From Alphaproteobacteria bacterium (GTDB lineage Bacteria > Pseudomonadota > Alphaproteobacteria > SMXQ01): a stretch of 64,000 bases of DNA. How positions within the stretch are numbered: the first letter of the stretch is position 1; each line of letters begins with the position of its first letter. The translations under genes and the position numbers were made by a program. Positions 1-8,981 of this stretch are shown piece after piece. Location: NCBI GenBank assembly GCA_038145705.1, contig JAYQQF010000011.1:43753-107752 (forward strand), read 5' to 3'. The notes under the pieces are model-generated. The model worked only from the letters and a program-made list of their open reading frames with translations. It was not told the DNA's origin and did no database searches.

Positions 1-670
1 GTTTGCGCACGCCGACCCAGTTGGGCTCTTCGACGATCTCGAAGTGCATCTTTTCGATCGGCCGGTAATAGTAGGTGCCCATGTCACCCTTGCCCTTCAG
101 AACAAGCGTATGGGCATGAAGGTAATAAGTGTGGCAGGGGTCGCAGGAGTTTTCCATCACCTGCAGCCAGTTGCAGTCGAGCAGCGGCAGGACGTCGATG
201 CGGCGCACCCCGTCCTTGCGCAGAAGCTGCGCCCAGCGCGGCAGTTCCGGAGCCTCACCGGGCCCCATATAGGTCCACAGCATGCCGCCCAGTTCGCGCA
301 CCGGGTAGGCGCGCTGGCGCACGTGGTTGATCAGCGTCGTGTCCTTGGGCTCGAACGGCATTTCGATGCACTTGCCGGTGCAGTCGAACTTCCACCCGTG
401 GTAGGGACAGCGCAAACCGTCGTCTTCGACGAACCCATACAGGAGCGAAGCGGACCGGTGGCAGCACTGTTCCTCCACCAGTCCGAAACGGCCCGAGCCG
501 TCGCGAAACAGGACCAGTTCTTCGCCCATCACGCGGATTTTCTTTTTCGGATTTTCCGCAGTAAGTTCCGCCGCGGGGCCGACCGGTTGCCAGTAGCGGC
601 GCATCAACTCACCCGCGGGCGTGCCCGCACCGACACGCGTCAACTCGGCATTCTGTTCGTGAGACAGCAT
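1..670 (-). CDS. Rieske [2Fe-2S] non-heme iron oxygenase alpha subunit (partial; C-terminus beyond window start)
   Basis: Minus-strand translation from ATG at 668-670: MLSHEQNAELTRVGAGTPAGELMRRYWQPV...CCHRSASL...CPYHGW Rieske CxH..CxxH motif; N-terminus parallels the two other Rieske proteins in the window. Absent from ORF track because it runs off the edge; the 44..736 plus ORF is its antisense. Confidence 0.8.
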   Translation of the reverse strand, partial: MLSHEQNAELTRVGAGTPAGELMRRYWQPVGPAAELTAENPKKKIRVMGEELVLFRDGSGRFGLVEEQCCHRSASLLYGFVEDDGLRCPYHGWKFDCTGKCIEMPFEPKDTTLINHVRQRAYPVRELGGMLWTYMGPGEAPELPRWAQLLRKDGVRRIDVLPLLDCNWLQVMENSCDPCHTYYLHAHTLVLKGKGDMGTYYYRPIEKMHFEIVEEPNWVGVRK

Positions 671-697
671 GGCTTCCTCCGTTCAGGCGCTTGCAGG

Positions 698-1456
698 CTA
701 GCCTTCGCCTGCCAGCGTCGCGTAGTAGCGCCATGACGACCGGACGTTACCCATCAGCGGCGGCATGGTGCCATCGGACGCGGTGTTTCCTCCACCTTCC
801 CGACCGTAACCCGGAATGAATGTTCTTATATCTTCGTCGGAAATCGGCCGGGGCGTACCCAAAAGATACGCCTCGTAATTCATTTCCGCCAGTTCGTTGA
901 TCTTGATCGCGGCGAGCGTCGCCTCTTCGACCGTGGGGCCAACGGTGGTGATGCCATGACCGCGCATCAGGCAGATGCGGGCGCGCCCCATGGCGGCGGC
1001 GAACTCCTCGCCCAGAAGATCGTTCTTTATCAAGATGGCGCGGTCATAAAGTGCCGGCCCTTCAACGGCAAGCCGCAGGCCCGTCGGGTCGTAAGCACCA
1101 AACACGGGTAAAATCTGTTTTTCCGTAATGGTAAAAAGCACCACGGTTTTCGGATGGACGTGAACGACGCTGTTCACCTCGGGCCGCATCCGGTAGAGCC
1201 AGGAATGGATGAACACTTCCTGCGGCGCCTTAAGGCCATCGGGACCGTCGAGCTTTTCGCCGTCGCCGTCGACACGGATGATTTCGCCCGCTGTCGTGTA
1301 GCGCACGCCCACTTCGTCGCGCCCGCGCGCGCGCACCAGGAAACCGCCGTCGCAACGGGCGCTGATGTGGCCCGTCGCCGCTTTCGTCAGGCCCAGATTG
1401 CCGATGATGCGGCAAGCCTTGGCGACCAGTTCGCGCTGTGCGGCGAATGCATCCAT
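698..1456 (-). CDS. class II aldolase/adducin family protein
   Basis: ORF 698..1630 trimmed to ATG giving MDAFAAQRELVAKACRIIGNLGL...; HVHP metal-binding motif typical of class II aldolase/adducin N-terminal domain. Confidence 0.75.
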   Translation of the reverse strand: MDAFAAQRELVAKACRIIGNLGLTKAATGHISARCDGGFLVRARGRDEVGVRYTTAGEIIRVDGDGEKLDGPDGLKAPQEVFIHSWLYRMRPEVNSVVHVHPKTVVLFTITEKQILPVFGAYDPTGLRLAVEGPALYDRAILIKNDLLGEEFAAAMGRARICLMRGHGITTVGPTVEEATLAAIKINELAEMNYEAYLLGTPRPISDEDIRTFIPGYGREGGGNTASDGTMPPLMGNVRSSWRYYATLAGEG

Positions 1457-1469
1457 CGCGTTCTCCGCC

Positions 1470-2111
1470 CTACTTCGGCAACGGCGTCCAGCCGTACAAC
1501 TCGATCGTCGACTTGCCCTGCTTGAGCGAGGCGATGGTGCGCGATTCCTTTTCTTCGCGCGACTGGGAGGCATCGAGGGCCGCCTTCGCCGCGCCCTGCG
1601 GGATGACGACGACGCCGTCGCGGTCGCCATTGATTATGTCGCCGGGCGCCACATCGACGTTACCGATGCGGATCACTTGCGCCAGAGAACCGCCTTCGTC
1701 CTTGGTCGTGCCCTGGATGGCGAGGCCCCGCGAAAACACGGGGAAGCCGATCTCTTCCAGAAGGTCGGCATCGCGCACGCAGGCATCGATCACCAGACCG
1801 GCGAGCCCGCGCTGCTGCGCGGCATGGGCCATGATTTCGCCGAAATAGCCCGCCTCATACCCGCCGCCGCAATCGACCACGAGGATGTCGCCGGGCTTCG
1901 CCTGGTAGATCGCGCGATGGATGTTGATGTTGTTGAAGGCCTTGGCCACCACGGTGAAGGCCGGCCCGCAGATCTTCCATGCGTTCGAGACCGGCTTGAT
2001 CGCCGCAGGCAAAGCGCCCTTGCGGCCCATAGCTTCATGAATGGTTGCCGAGGGAAACGTCGCCGCTCGCGCGATCGTCGCCGCGTCGGGCCGGGGAAAA
2101 TCGAAACTCAT
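1470..2111 (-). CDS. RraA-like protein (4-hydroxy-4-methyl-2-oxoglutarate aldolase / RNase E regulator family), paralog 1
   Basis: ORF 1470..2420 trimmed to MSFDFPRPDAATIARAATFPSATIHEAMG...; RraA/DlpA fold signature (SxxHEAxG, GDIxxGDxDGVVVIP). Confidence 0.75.
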   Translation of the reverse strand: MSFDFPRPDAATIARAATFPSATIHEAMGRKGALPAAIKPVSNAWKICGPAFTVVAKAFNNINIHRAIYQAKPGDILVVDCGGGYEAGYFGEIMAHAAQQRGLAGLVIDACVRDADLLEEIGFPVFSRGLAIQGTTKDEGGSLAQVIRIGNVDVAPGDIINGDRDGVVVIPQGAAKAALDASQSREEKESRTIASLKQGKSTIELYGWTPLPK

Positions 2112-2115
2112 GGCT

Positions 2116-2769
2116 CTACCTCTTTGTCTGGAGACTGTGATAGCCGTGCTTCTTGCGGGCATCGACCAGCTTCGCGCCCGCCCTGACCTCGGCGACGATG
2201 CGGGCCTCGGCCTCGGCGACCGCGGTGGCGATGTCGAGGACTTCCTTTTCCTTCTCGACCGGCACCACCAGCACGCCGTCGTCGGAGCCGACAAGGATAT
2301 CGCCCGGACGCACCTGAACATCGCCGAGGGACACGGTGACATTGGTGCCGTCGACCTCGACCCGGTCCTTGCCCGTGCGCATGAAGCGCCCGCGCGAGAA
2401 GATCGGGTAGCCGACCTCAAGCGAGCCGGCGACGTCGCGGCACACGCCGTGAATGACAGTGCCCGCGACCCCGCGCGCCTTGGCCGTCGTCGTCAGGATA
2501 TCGCCCCACACGGTGCAGTCGAGGCGGCCCGCATTGTCGAGCACCACGACGCCGCCCGGGGGCACGTCGTCGATGTAATCGCCGACCGTCCCCTTGACGA
2601 TCCCGCAGGGCCGGTATTTCAGAGTGAAGGCGCGGCCCACGACGTGATGGCCATTGGCGAGCGGCGCAAGCCCCTGTGCCATGCCGTGAATGCCGAGCCG
2701 GTCGAGCGCGTCGGAGATCGACGCGCTGGCCAGTTGCTTGAAACCTTCGATAACGGGATCGCTAGCCAT
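2116..2769 (-). CDS. RraA-like protein, paralog 2
   Basis: MASDPVIEGFKQLASASISDALDRLG...GDILVGSDDGVLVVP; same family; 4 nt from paralog 1. Confidence 0.8.
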   Translation of the reverse strand: MASDPVIEGFKQLASASISDALDRLGIHGMAQGLAPLANGHHVVGRAFTLKYRPCGIVKGTVGDYIDDVPPGGVVVLDNAGRLDCTVWGDILTTTAKARGVAGTVIHGVCRDVAGSLEVGYPIFSRGRFMRTGKDRVEVDGTNVTVSLGDVQVRPGDILVGSDDGVLVVPVEKEKEVLDIATAVAEAEARIVAEVRAGAKLVDARKKHGYHSLQTKR

Positions 2770-2770
2770 C

Positions 2771-3439
2771 TTATTTCTTGTCCTTGTTGAGCATCTGTTC
2801 GTAACCGCCGCTTTCCATCACATGGACGATGGATGCGCCGTTGCGCACGGCTTCGGCCATGCGCGCCTCGCGGGCAGCGATTTCCTCGCCCTTGGCGATG
2901 ACCTCTTCGGCGCGCGCCTGCGGAACGATGATCGTGCCGGAACCGTCGGCAACCACGTAATCGCCGGGGTGAACCTGCACGCCCGCGAACTGGATTTCCT
3001 CGTTCACGCTGTCCTGAATGACGCGCCCGCGCGCGGTGATCGGCACCACGCCCTTGGCGTAAACGGGGAATTTTGCCGCCGCCGAATCGTCGATGTCGCG
3101 ACACGCCCCGTCGATGACGATGCCGGCCAAGCCCTTGGTCGCCGCGGCAAGCGACAGCAGCCCGCCCCAGCCAGGCACGTCGGTGCGCCCGGCCAGTTCC
3201 ATCACCAGCACGTCGCCCGGCGCCGCCGCCTCGATCGCCTCGGTGCCGAGGTGACGGGTGGGCTTTTCCACCCCCTGCGGCTTCAGCTTCACCGTGACCG
3301 CGCGCCCGGCGATGCGCGGGCACGGCCACTGCGGGCGAATGCCGAGCGTCGCGCCCTTGAGGCCCAGCGCATCGAGCGCGTCCGACACCGTGCAGGCATC
3401 CAGTTTCGAAAGGCGCTCGACCAGCGCATCACGTGCCAT
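2771..3439 (-). CDS. RraA-like protein, paralog 3
   Basis: MARDALVERLSKLDACTVSDALDALG...GDYVVADGSGTIIVP; same family; 1 nt from paralog 2. Confidence 0.8.
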   Translation of the reverse strand: MARDALVERLSKLDACTVSDALDALGLKGATLGIRPQWPCPRIAGRAVTVKLKPQGVEKPTRHLGTEAIEAAAPGDVLVMELAGRTDVPGWGGLLSLAAATKGLAGIVIDGACRDIDDSAAAKFPVYAKGVVPITARGRVIQDSVNEEIQFAGVQVHPGDYVVADGSGTIIVPQARAEEVIAKGEEIAAREARMAEAVRNGASIVHVMESGGYEQMLNKDKK

Positions 3440-3495
3440 TTGGCAATCTCCCCCAGATCAAAAACCGATTTTGACGATACTACAGGACGGCGCGT

Positions 3496-5229
3496 TCACC
3501 GCAGCCCCGAAAATCCGAAACGGCGGCCGATCAGCCGCGCGATGATCGCCATGCATCCGGTCATCAGCACGATCAGCACGCCGACGACGGCGGCGGCCTC
3601 GAAGGTGCCGTCGACGATGTGATCGACCTGCAGCATGGCAAGCGGCCGGTTCTCGGCCGTCACCAGCATGGCGATGGTGGAAACGTTGCGCGCCGCCGAA
3701 ACGAAGGTAAGTAGTGCCACAGCAACCAGCACGGGACCGAGCAGCGGCAGCACGATGCGCCGGAACGTATAGGCCCAGGAGCCGCCCGCGATGAAGGAAG
3801 CCTCTTCCAGATCGCGACCGAGCTGCACCATGTTGCTTTTGACGAGCTGCACGCCCGTCGAAATGGAATTGAGGATACAGGCGACGATGAGCACGACGAG
3901 CGTGCCGTAAAGCGGCTGAAACAGATCGACGTTGAGGAACACCCACAGAAGTGCCAGGCCGAGGATGATCCCGGGCAGGCTGGCGGGCAGCCACGACAGG
4001 AAATCGAGAACCCCGCGCGCGGCATAACGCGTGCGCACGGAAATATAGGCGACCAGCGAATACCAGAAGACGCCGATCAGGGCGGCGGAACCGCCCATGA
4101 GAAGCGTGTTCGTCGTCGCGCGCAGCATCGGCGGGTCGGTCAGGACTGTTTCCCAGTGCTCGAAGGTCCAGGCGTCCTCGAGGCCGAAATGGCCGTAAAG
4201 GCTCATGAAGGTGCCCATCAGCAGGAACACGATGGGCACCACCGTGATCAGCGTGCCGAAGGCCGCGATAATGCCGAACACCGGCCAGCGCCAGCCGCGC
4301 AGACGCAGGATGTTGAAGGTGAAGCTGGAGGTGACCGTGACGTAGCTGCGCTTGTGCGACAGGTACTGCTGCCAGAAGATCAGCGGCAGCATGCTGACCA
4401 GGATGGCGAGCCCCAGCACCGTCGAGACGCCGAACATCGGCGGATCTTCCTGAATGAACTGGTAGATCTTGGTCGAGAACACATAGAAGTTGTCGGGCGG
4501 CCCCAGAATCAGCTCGATCTCGAAGGATTCGAGCGAATGGATCAGCGAAATGCACAGCGTGATCATGAACGCCGGCATCAGCACGGGAATGACGATGCGC
4601 CGAAGCGTTCCGAGCGGACTTGCCCCCGAAATGCGCGAGGCTTCCTCCATCGCGCCGTCGAGGTTGCGAAAGGCCGGCGACAGGAAGATGTACTTCGCCG
4701 CCACCGAGCGCGCCGCGATATGGGCGAAGATGATGCCGGAGAAGCTGTAGATATTGAACGGCCCCTCCTCCATCCCGAACAGGGCGACGGCGGCCTGGTT
4801 GGCAAGACCGAACTGCGGATCGAAGAGCAGGATCCAGCCCATCAGCACCGGCAGGGCGGGCAGGAAGAAGGCGACCCAGAAGAACGCATCGATCAGCTTC
4901 TTGCCGGGAAGATCGGTGCGCGCCACCGCCCAGGCGATCAGGATCGCCGCCGGGAAGGCGATGATCTCGGTGGCGATCACGCGCTTGAAGGTATTGAGGA
5001 TGGAGGGGACCATGCCCGGCGCGCTCCACGCCGTGCGCCACAATTCCAACCCGTAGTACTTCTTGCCGTCGGCGCCCTCGACCAGGAAGCTCGCGTCGAT
5101 CAGCAGTGCCAGCGGATAGGCGACCAGCATCAGCATCACGAACAGCACGACGCTGGCGCCGACCGTGCCCGGACGCAGGCGCCGCAGGAAGCCCGGCTTT
5201 GCGGCCGGAGTGATGCCTACTTCGGCCAT
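3496..5229 (-). CDS. ABC transporter permease, fused two-domain iron(III)/spermidine-type (FbpB-like)
   Basis: ORF 3496..5340 trimmed to MAEVGITPAAKPGFLRRL...; about 12 TM segments, two EAA-type permease repeats; 13-nt overlap with upstream ATPase stop. Confidence 0.8.
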   Translation of the reverse strand: MAEVGITPAAKPGFLRRLRPGTVGASVVLFVMLMLVAYPLALLIDASFLVEGADGKKYYGLELWRTAWSAPGMVPSILNTFKRVIATEIIAFPAAILIAWAVARTDLPGKKLIDAFFWVAFFLPALPVLMGWILLFDPQFGLANQAAVALFGMEEGPFNIYSFSGIIFAHIAARSVAAKYIFLSPAFRNLDGAMEEASRISGASPLGTLRRIVIPVLMPAFMITLCISLIHSLESFEIELILGPPDNFYVFSTKIYQFIQEDPPMFGVSTVLGLAILVSMLPLIFWQQYLSHKRSYVTVTSSFTFNILRLRGWRWPVFGIIAAFGTLITVVPIVFLLMGTFMSLYGHFGLEDAWTFEHWETVLTDPPMLRATTNTLLMGGSAALIGVFWYSLVAYISVRTRYAARGVLDFLSWLPASLPGIILGLALLWVFLNVDLFQPLYGTLVVLIVACILNSISTGVQLVKSNMVQLGRDLEEASFIAGGSWAYTFRRIVLPLLGPVLVAVALLTFVSAARNVSTIAMLVTAENRPLAMLQVDHIVDGTFEAAAVVGVLIVLMTGCMAIIARLIGRRFGFSGLR

Positions 5230-6329
5230 AGGCTGAGCGCGTCCTTCGGAATGTGAAGCGGGACGGTATCGCCCTCGCGCAGACGTTCGGCACGCGGTAC
5301 GTAGACCAGCAGGTTCGCGCCACCGACGCGGACATGGCATTCAAAACGATCGCCCACGAACAGCAAGGTCTCGACCCGGCCTTCGAAGGCGTTGTGGTCG
5401 GCGCCCGCCGCAGCCCGGCCGATGCGCACGCTTTCGGGCCGGATGGCCGCCGTCAGCCTGGCGCCCGGAGCGGGAACGACCCCGCAGAAGGCGGAGGAAA
5501 CGAGCGAGATGCCGCCGTCACCGAGCCGGACCTCGGCCTCGGCGCCGTTCAGACCCGCGACTTCGATCTCGATGCGCGTCGACAGGCCGATGAAATCGCG
5601 CACGAAGGGATTGGCGGGATTTTCATAGAGATCCACCGGATCGCCTACCTGCTCGACCCGGCCCGCATCCATCACCGCGACGCGATCGGCAAGGGACAGG
5701 GCTTCGGACTGGTCATGGGTGACGAGAATGACCGTGACGCCGACCTGGCGCTGCAGTTGTTTCAGTTCCACGCGCATCTGCTCGCGCAGCTTGACGTCGA
5801 GGTTGCTGAACGGCTCGTCCAGCAACAGCACGTCGGGCTTGTAGACGAGCGCGCGCGCCAGTGCCACGCGCTGCTGCTGGCCGCCCGACAGCGTCGGCGA
5901 CGGCCGGTCCTCGAACCCGCCAAGGCCGACCTGGGCGAGGGTCTCGCGCACGGCGACCTCGATCTCCGCCGACGGCAGGTTGCGCAGGCGCAGTGGATAG
6001 GCCACGGTTTCCCCTACCGTCAGGTGCGGCCAGATCGCATAGGACTGGAACACCATGCCCATGTTGCGCTTCTGGGGCGGAACGAAAATGTCGTCCTCGG
6101 CCGAATAGAGAACATTGCCGTTGAGCGTGATGGTGCCCGTATCGGGGGAATCGAGGCCGGCGATCTGGCGCAGGGTCGTCGACTTGCCGCAGCCGGACGG
6201 CCCCAGAAGGGCAAAGACCTCGCCCTCAACGATGTCGAGGGTCAGGTCGTCGACTGCTCGGAAACTGCCGAACAGCTTGGAAATATGGGCAAGCCCGAGA
6301 AACGGCTTGCCGCGGTCCGCGGAAACGAT
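5217..6329 (-). CDS. ABC transporter ATP-binding protein (FbpC/PotA-like); start codon non-canonical or mutated
   Basis: Frame is open from stop at 6375-6377 through 5217. Walker A GPSGCGKST, LSGGQQQRV signature and C-terminal TOBE/MOP-like domain present. No ATG/GTG/TTG upstream of Walker A; SD GGGGAGG sits 6 nt before ATC at 6327-6329, which aligns with the paralog's (11136) N-terminus. Confidence 0.6.
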   Translation of the reverse strand: MVSADRGKPFLGLAHISKLFGSFRAVDDLTLDIVEGEVFALLGPSGCGKSTTLRQIAGLDSPDTGTITLNGNVLYSAEDDIFVPPQKRNMGMVFQSYAIWPHLTVGETVAYPLRLRNLPSAEIEVAVRETLAQVGLGGFEDRPSPTLSGGQQQRVALARALVYKPDVLLLDEPFSNLDVKLREQMRVELKQLQRQVGVTVILVTHDQSEALSLADRVAVMDAGRVEQVGDPVDLYENPANPFVRDFIGLSTRIEIEVAGLNGAEAEVRLGDGGISLVSSAFCGVVPAPGARLTAAIRPESVRIGRAAAGADHNAFEGRVETLLFVGDRFECHVRVGGANLLVYVPRAERLREGDTVPLHIPKDALSLWPK

Positions 6330-6515
6330 GACTGGCCTCCCCGGGCCGGGCTTTCCCGGCCTCGTGATTATCGGTCAAGGGGCACGGCCAGAGCCGAGAC
6401 CCACGCTTTCTTGACCCTCGATTTCGAGTTCCTTAGTCTAATATTCGAAAGCGATTTCCCAAATCAAAAAACAAGCGACCGGCAACCCGGCACTTGCGTC
6501 TGCGAGGACCGCCCC

Positions 6516-7796
6516 ATGACGACCCGTGAAGAAAACGAACTGATGTGCCGCGTCGGGCCGGAAACGCCCGGCGGCAAGATGATGCGCCGCTACTGGCTGC
6601 CCGTTGCCTTGTCCGAAGACCTGCCCCAGGGCGGGCGCCCCGTGCCGGTGACCCTGCTCGGCGAAAAGCTCGTGCTGTTTCGCGACGAAAAGGGCCGCCC
6701 CGGACTTTTGCAGCGCGGCTGCCCGCATCGCTGCACCGATCTGAGCTATGGCCGCATCGAGGACGGCGGGCTGCGCTGCCTCTATCACGGCTGGCTGTTC
6801 GACGTCGCCGGCAACTGCACGGAGCAGCCGGGCGAACCGCCCGAAAGCACATACAAGGACGAGGTCAAGGCGCGGTCCTACCCGCTCGTGGAAAAGGCGG
6901 GGATGATTTTTGGATACATGGGGCAGGACGCGCCGCCGGAATTTCCCGACTGGGAGTTTCTGAGAGCCGGCGAGGAAAACCGCTGCCTTCTGCGCTCCCA
7001 CATCGCCTGCAACTGGCTTCAGGCGCTGGAAGGCAATATCGACCCGGTGCATCTTTCCTACCTGCACCGCCCGCTCAAGCAGGTCGACACGCGGCCCGTG
7101 CCGGGCAGCGAGAAATCCGCCGACCAGTTCTACGGCGACGACCGGCGGCCGAACCTCGATCTGGAACAGACCGATTACGGCATCCGCATCTATTCGATCC
7201 GCCGCGCCCCCGATGACAAGCAATACGTGCGCATCACCAACTTCATCATGCCGTGCCAGGCGGCCATCGTCGGCAATGAAGGCCGGGTGAACGAGGGGTA
7301 CTCGGTGCACTGGCATGTGCCCATCGACGACTACAACAACATGCGCTTCGACTTCGTCTACAACCGCGTGCGTCCGGTCGACAAGGAGAAGTACCGCAAG
7401 CGGCTCGGCAACCTGACCGGCCCTGACGGCGTGACGAAGCGCAGTCTCGAAAACCGCTATTTCCAGGATCCCGTCGCCATGCAGACGGAAAACTTCACCG
7501 GCATGGGCGGCTCGTTCAACATCCATGACGCCTTCGCCACCGAAAGCATGGGGCCGATCAGCGACCGCACCCAGGAGCATCTCGCCACCAGCGACCGCAT
7601 CATCGTGCGCGCCCGCCGGCAGGTGCTGGAAGCGATCGCCGACGTCGCCGAAGGCAAGGAGCCGCGCGGCGTGATCCGCGATCCCGCGGGGCGCGACCGC
7701 TCCCACGTCGTCGTGCTGTCGGAGGTTATCCCCCGCGACGTCGATCCCAAGGAACACTGGAAAACACGCGTTCAACGGCGTCAGGCCGCCGAATAG
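6516..7796 (+). CDS. Rieske [2Fe-2S] non-heme iron oxygenase alpha subunit (alpha-only, GbcA/Stc2/VanA-like size class)
   Basis: ORF 5253..7796 trimmed to MTTREENELMCRVGPETPGGKMMRRYWLPV...; CPHR..CLYHGW Rieske motif; 426 aa; the 5' part of the long ORF is antisense of the ABC ATPase. Confidence 0.85.
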   Translation: MTTREENELMCRVGPETPGGKMMRRYWLPVALSEDLPQGGRPVPVTLLGEKLVLFRDEKGRPGLLQRGCPHRCTDLSYGRIEDGGLRCLYHGWLFDVAGNCTEQPGEPPESTYKDEVKARSYPLVEKAGMIFGYMGQDAPPEFPDWEFLRAGEENRCLLRSHIACNWLQALEGNIDPVHLSYLHRPLKQVDTRPVPGSEKSADQFYGDDRRPNLDLEQTDYGIRIYSIRRAPDDKQYVRITNFIMPCQAAIVGNEGRVNEGYSVHWHVPIDDYNNMRFDFVYNRVRPVDKEKYRKRLGNLTGPDGVTKRSLENRYFQDPVAMQTENFTGMGGSFNIHDAFATESMGPISDRTQEHLATSDRIIVRARRQVLEAIADVAEGKEPRGVIRDPAGRDRSHVVVLSEVIPRDVDPKEHWKTRVQRRQAAE

Positions 7797-7837
7797 GCCG
7801 CACGGCCCGGCTTCATAACGATAAGGGAGACTTCACG

Positions 7838-8959
7838 ATGACCGATTCCAACAAGCTCTGGCCGCTGAGCCGGCGCGACTTCGCCCTCGGCCTCGCGGGA
7901 ACCGCCGCCGCCACCTCGCTTCTGCGCGGCATGCCCGCTTTTGCCCAGGACTGGAAGGCGCGCTGGGATCAGGTCGTCGCCGCCGCCAACAAGGAAGGCG
8001 GGCTCGACGTCGCGGGCCCGTCGGGGCGCCAGTGGCAGCAGCTGCTGACGGATTTCGGCAAGGAATATCCGAAGATCAAGATCCGGGTGACGCCCTTCGA
8101 CAGCCGTGACTTCTGGCCGCGCATCCTGAAGGAACGGGAAGTCGGCAAGCACCTGTGGGATATCCGCGTCGGCGGCGCCGATACCCAGGTCTATCCGCTG
8201 GCGAAGGAAGGCGGGCTCGCCGATGTGCGCGCCATGTTCATCCTGCCCGATGTCGCCGATGAGTCGAACTGGTACGGCGGCTTCGACCACATGTTCCTCG
8301 ACAATGCCAAGAAATACGTGCCGAGCTTCGGCGCCTACGAAAGCCCGCTCGCGCATACCAACAAAGCCTTCATCAAGGACGGCGAGATCAAGGACATCAA
8401 GGAACTGCTGCTGCCGAAGTGGAAGGGAAAGATCGCCATGGCCAATCCGCGCGGCGGCTCAACCGCCGTCAGCATGGCGCTACTCCACAAGAAATTCGGG
8501 GCGGACTTCATCCGCGAACTGTTCACCAAGCAGCAGCCGGTCGTCGTGAAGAATTCGCGTCAGCTGATGGACTGGTTCGTATCCGGCAAGTACCCCATCG
8601 GCATCGGCCTGCCCAATTCGCAGATCGTCGCCTACCGCAAGCGCGGCGTGAAGATCGACATGGGCAAGGTTTCCGGCCTCGACATCTGGTCGGTCGGCGT
8701 CGCCGGCATCCAGGTCCTGCAGCCGCGCCCGCACCCCAACGCGACGATCGTCTTCGTCAACTGGCTGCTGAGCAAGAAGGGCCAGGAACACGTCATGCCT
8801 AAGGTGCAGATCAACAGCCGGCGCAAGGACATCCCTGTCGTCGACAAGCACCGCGAGCTTGACTGGAAGGACTACAAGAGCGCCGTTTCCGGCCAGACGG
8901 AAGAATTCACCGCCGCCATGATGGAAGCCAAGCAACTGATTCGCGAGTTGGTGAAATAG
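7838..8959 (+). CDS. ABC transporter periplasmic substrate-binding protein (family 1, iron(III)-type) with twin-arginine signal
   Basis: MTDSNKLWPLSRRDFALGLAGTAAATSLLRGMPAFAQD: SRRxFxLG Tat motif; homologous to SBP at 9996. Confidence 0.8.
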   Translation: MTDSNKLWPLSRRDFALGLAGTAAATSLLRGMPAFAQDWKARWDQVVAAANKEGGLDVAGPSGRQWQQLLTDFGKEYPKIKIRVTPFDSRDFWPRILKEREVGKHLWDIRVGGADTQVYPLAKEGGLADVRAMFILPDVADESNWYGGFDHMFLDNAKKYVPSFGAYESPLAHTNKAFIKDGEIKDIKELLLPKWKGKIAMANPRGGSTAVSMALLHKKFGADFIRELFTKQQPVVVKNSRQLMDWFVSGKYPIGIGLPNSQIVAYRKRGVKIDMGKVSGLDIWSVGVAGIQVLQPRPHPNATIVFVNWLLSKKGQEHVMPKVQINSRRKDIPVVDKHRELDWKDYKSAVSGQTEEFTAAMMEAKQLIRELVK

Positions 8960-8981
8960 CAGCGGCCGCAGCCGCCGGGAT

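Noticed and set aside
44-736. 230-aa plus-strand ORF at the window start
   Set aside because: It is the antisense of the Rieske oxygenase gene (minus strand 1..670), whose translation shows an unambiguous CxH..CxxH Rieske motif; the plus ORF has no recognisable domain and typical GC-rich antisense composition (R/A/G/V-rich).
5253-6515. N-terminal 420 aa of the 847-aa ORF 5253..7796 and many similar very long extra ORFs (6438..7775 minus, 12506..13675 minus, 12715..14961 plus, 20620..21648 plus, 23342..25321 plus, 33678..34946 plus, 43466..45295 plus, 49485..51629 plus, 51652..53604 plus and others)
   Set aside because: They are antisense or alternate-frame shadows of confidently assigned genes, a known artefact of ~66% GC with rare stop codons. 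They are Arg/Ala/Gly/Pro-rich with no domain motifs. Real genes were trimmed to internal starts supported by SD motifs and paralog alignment.
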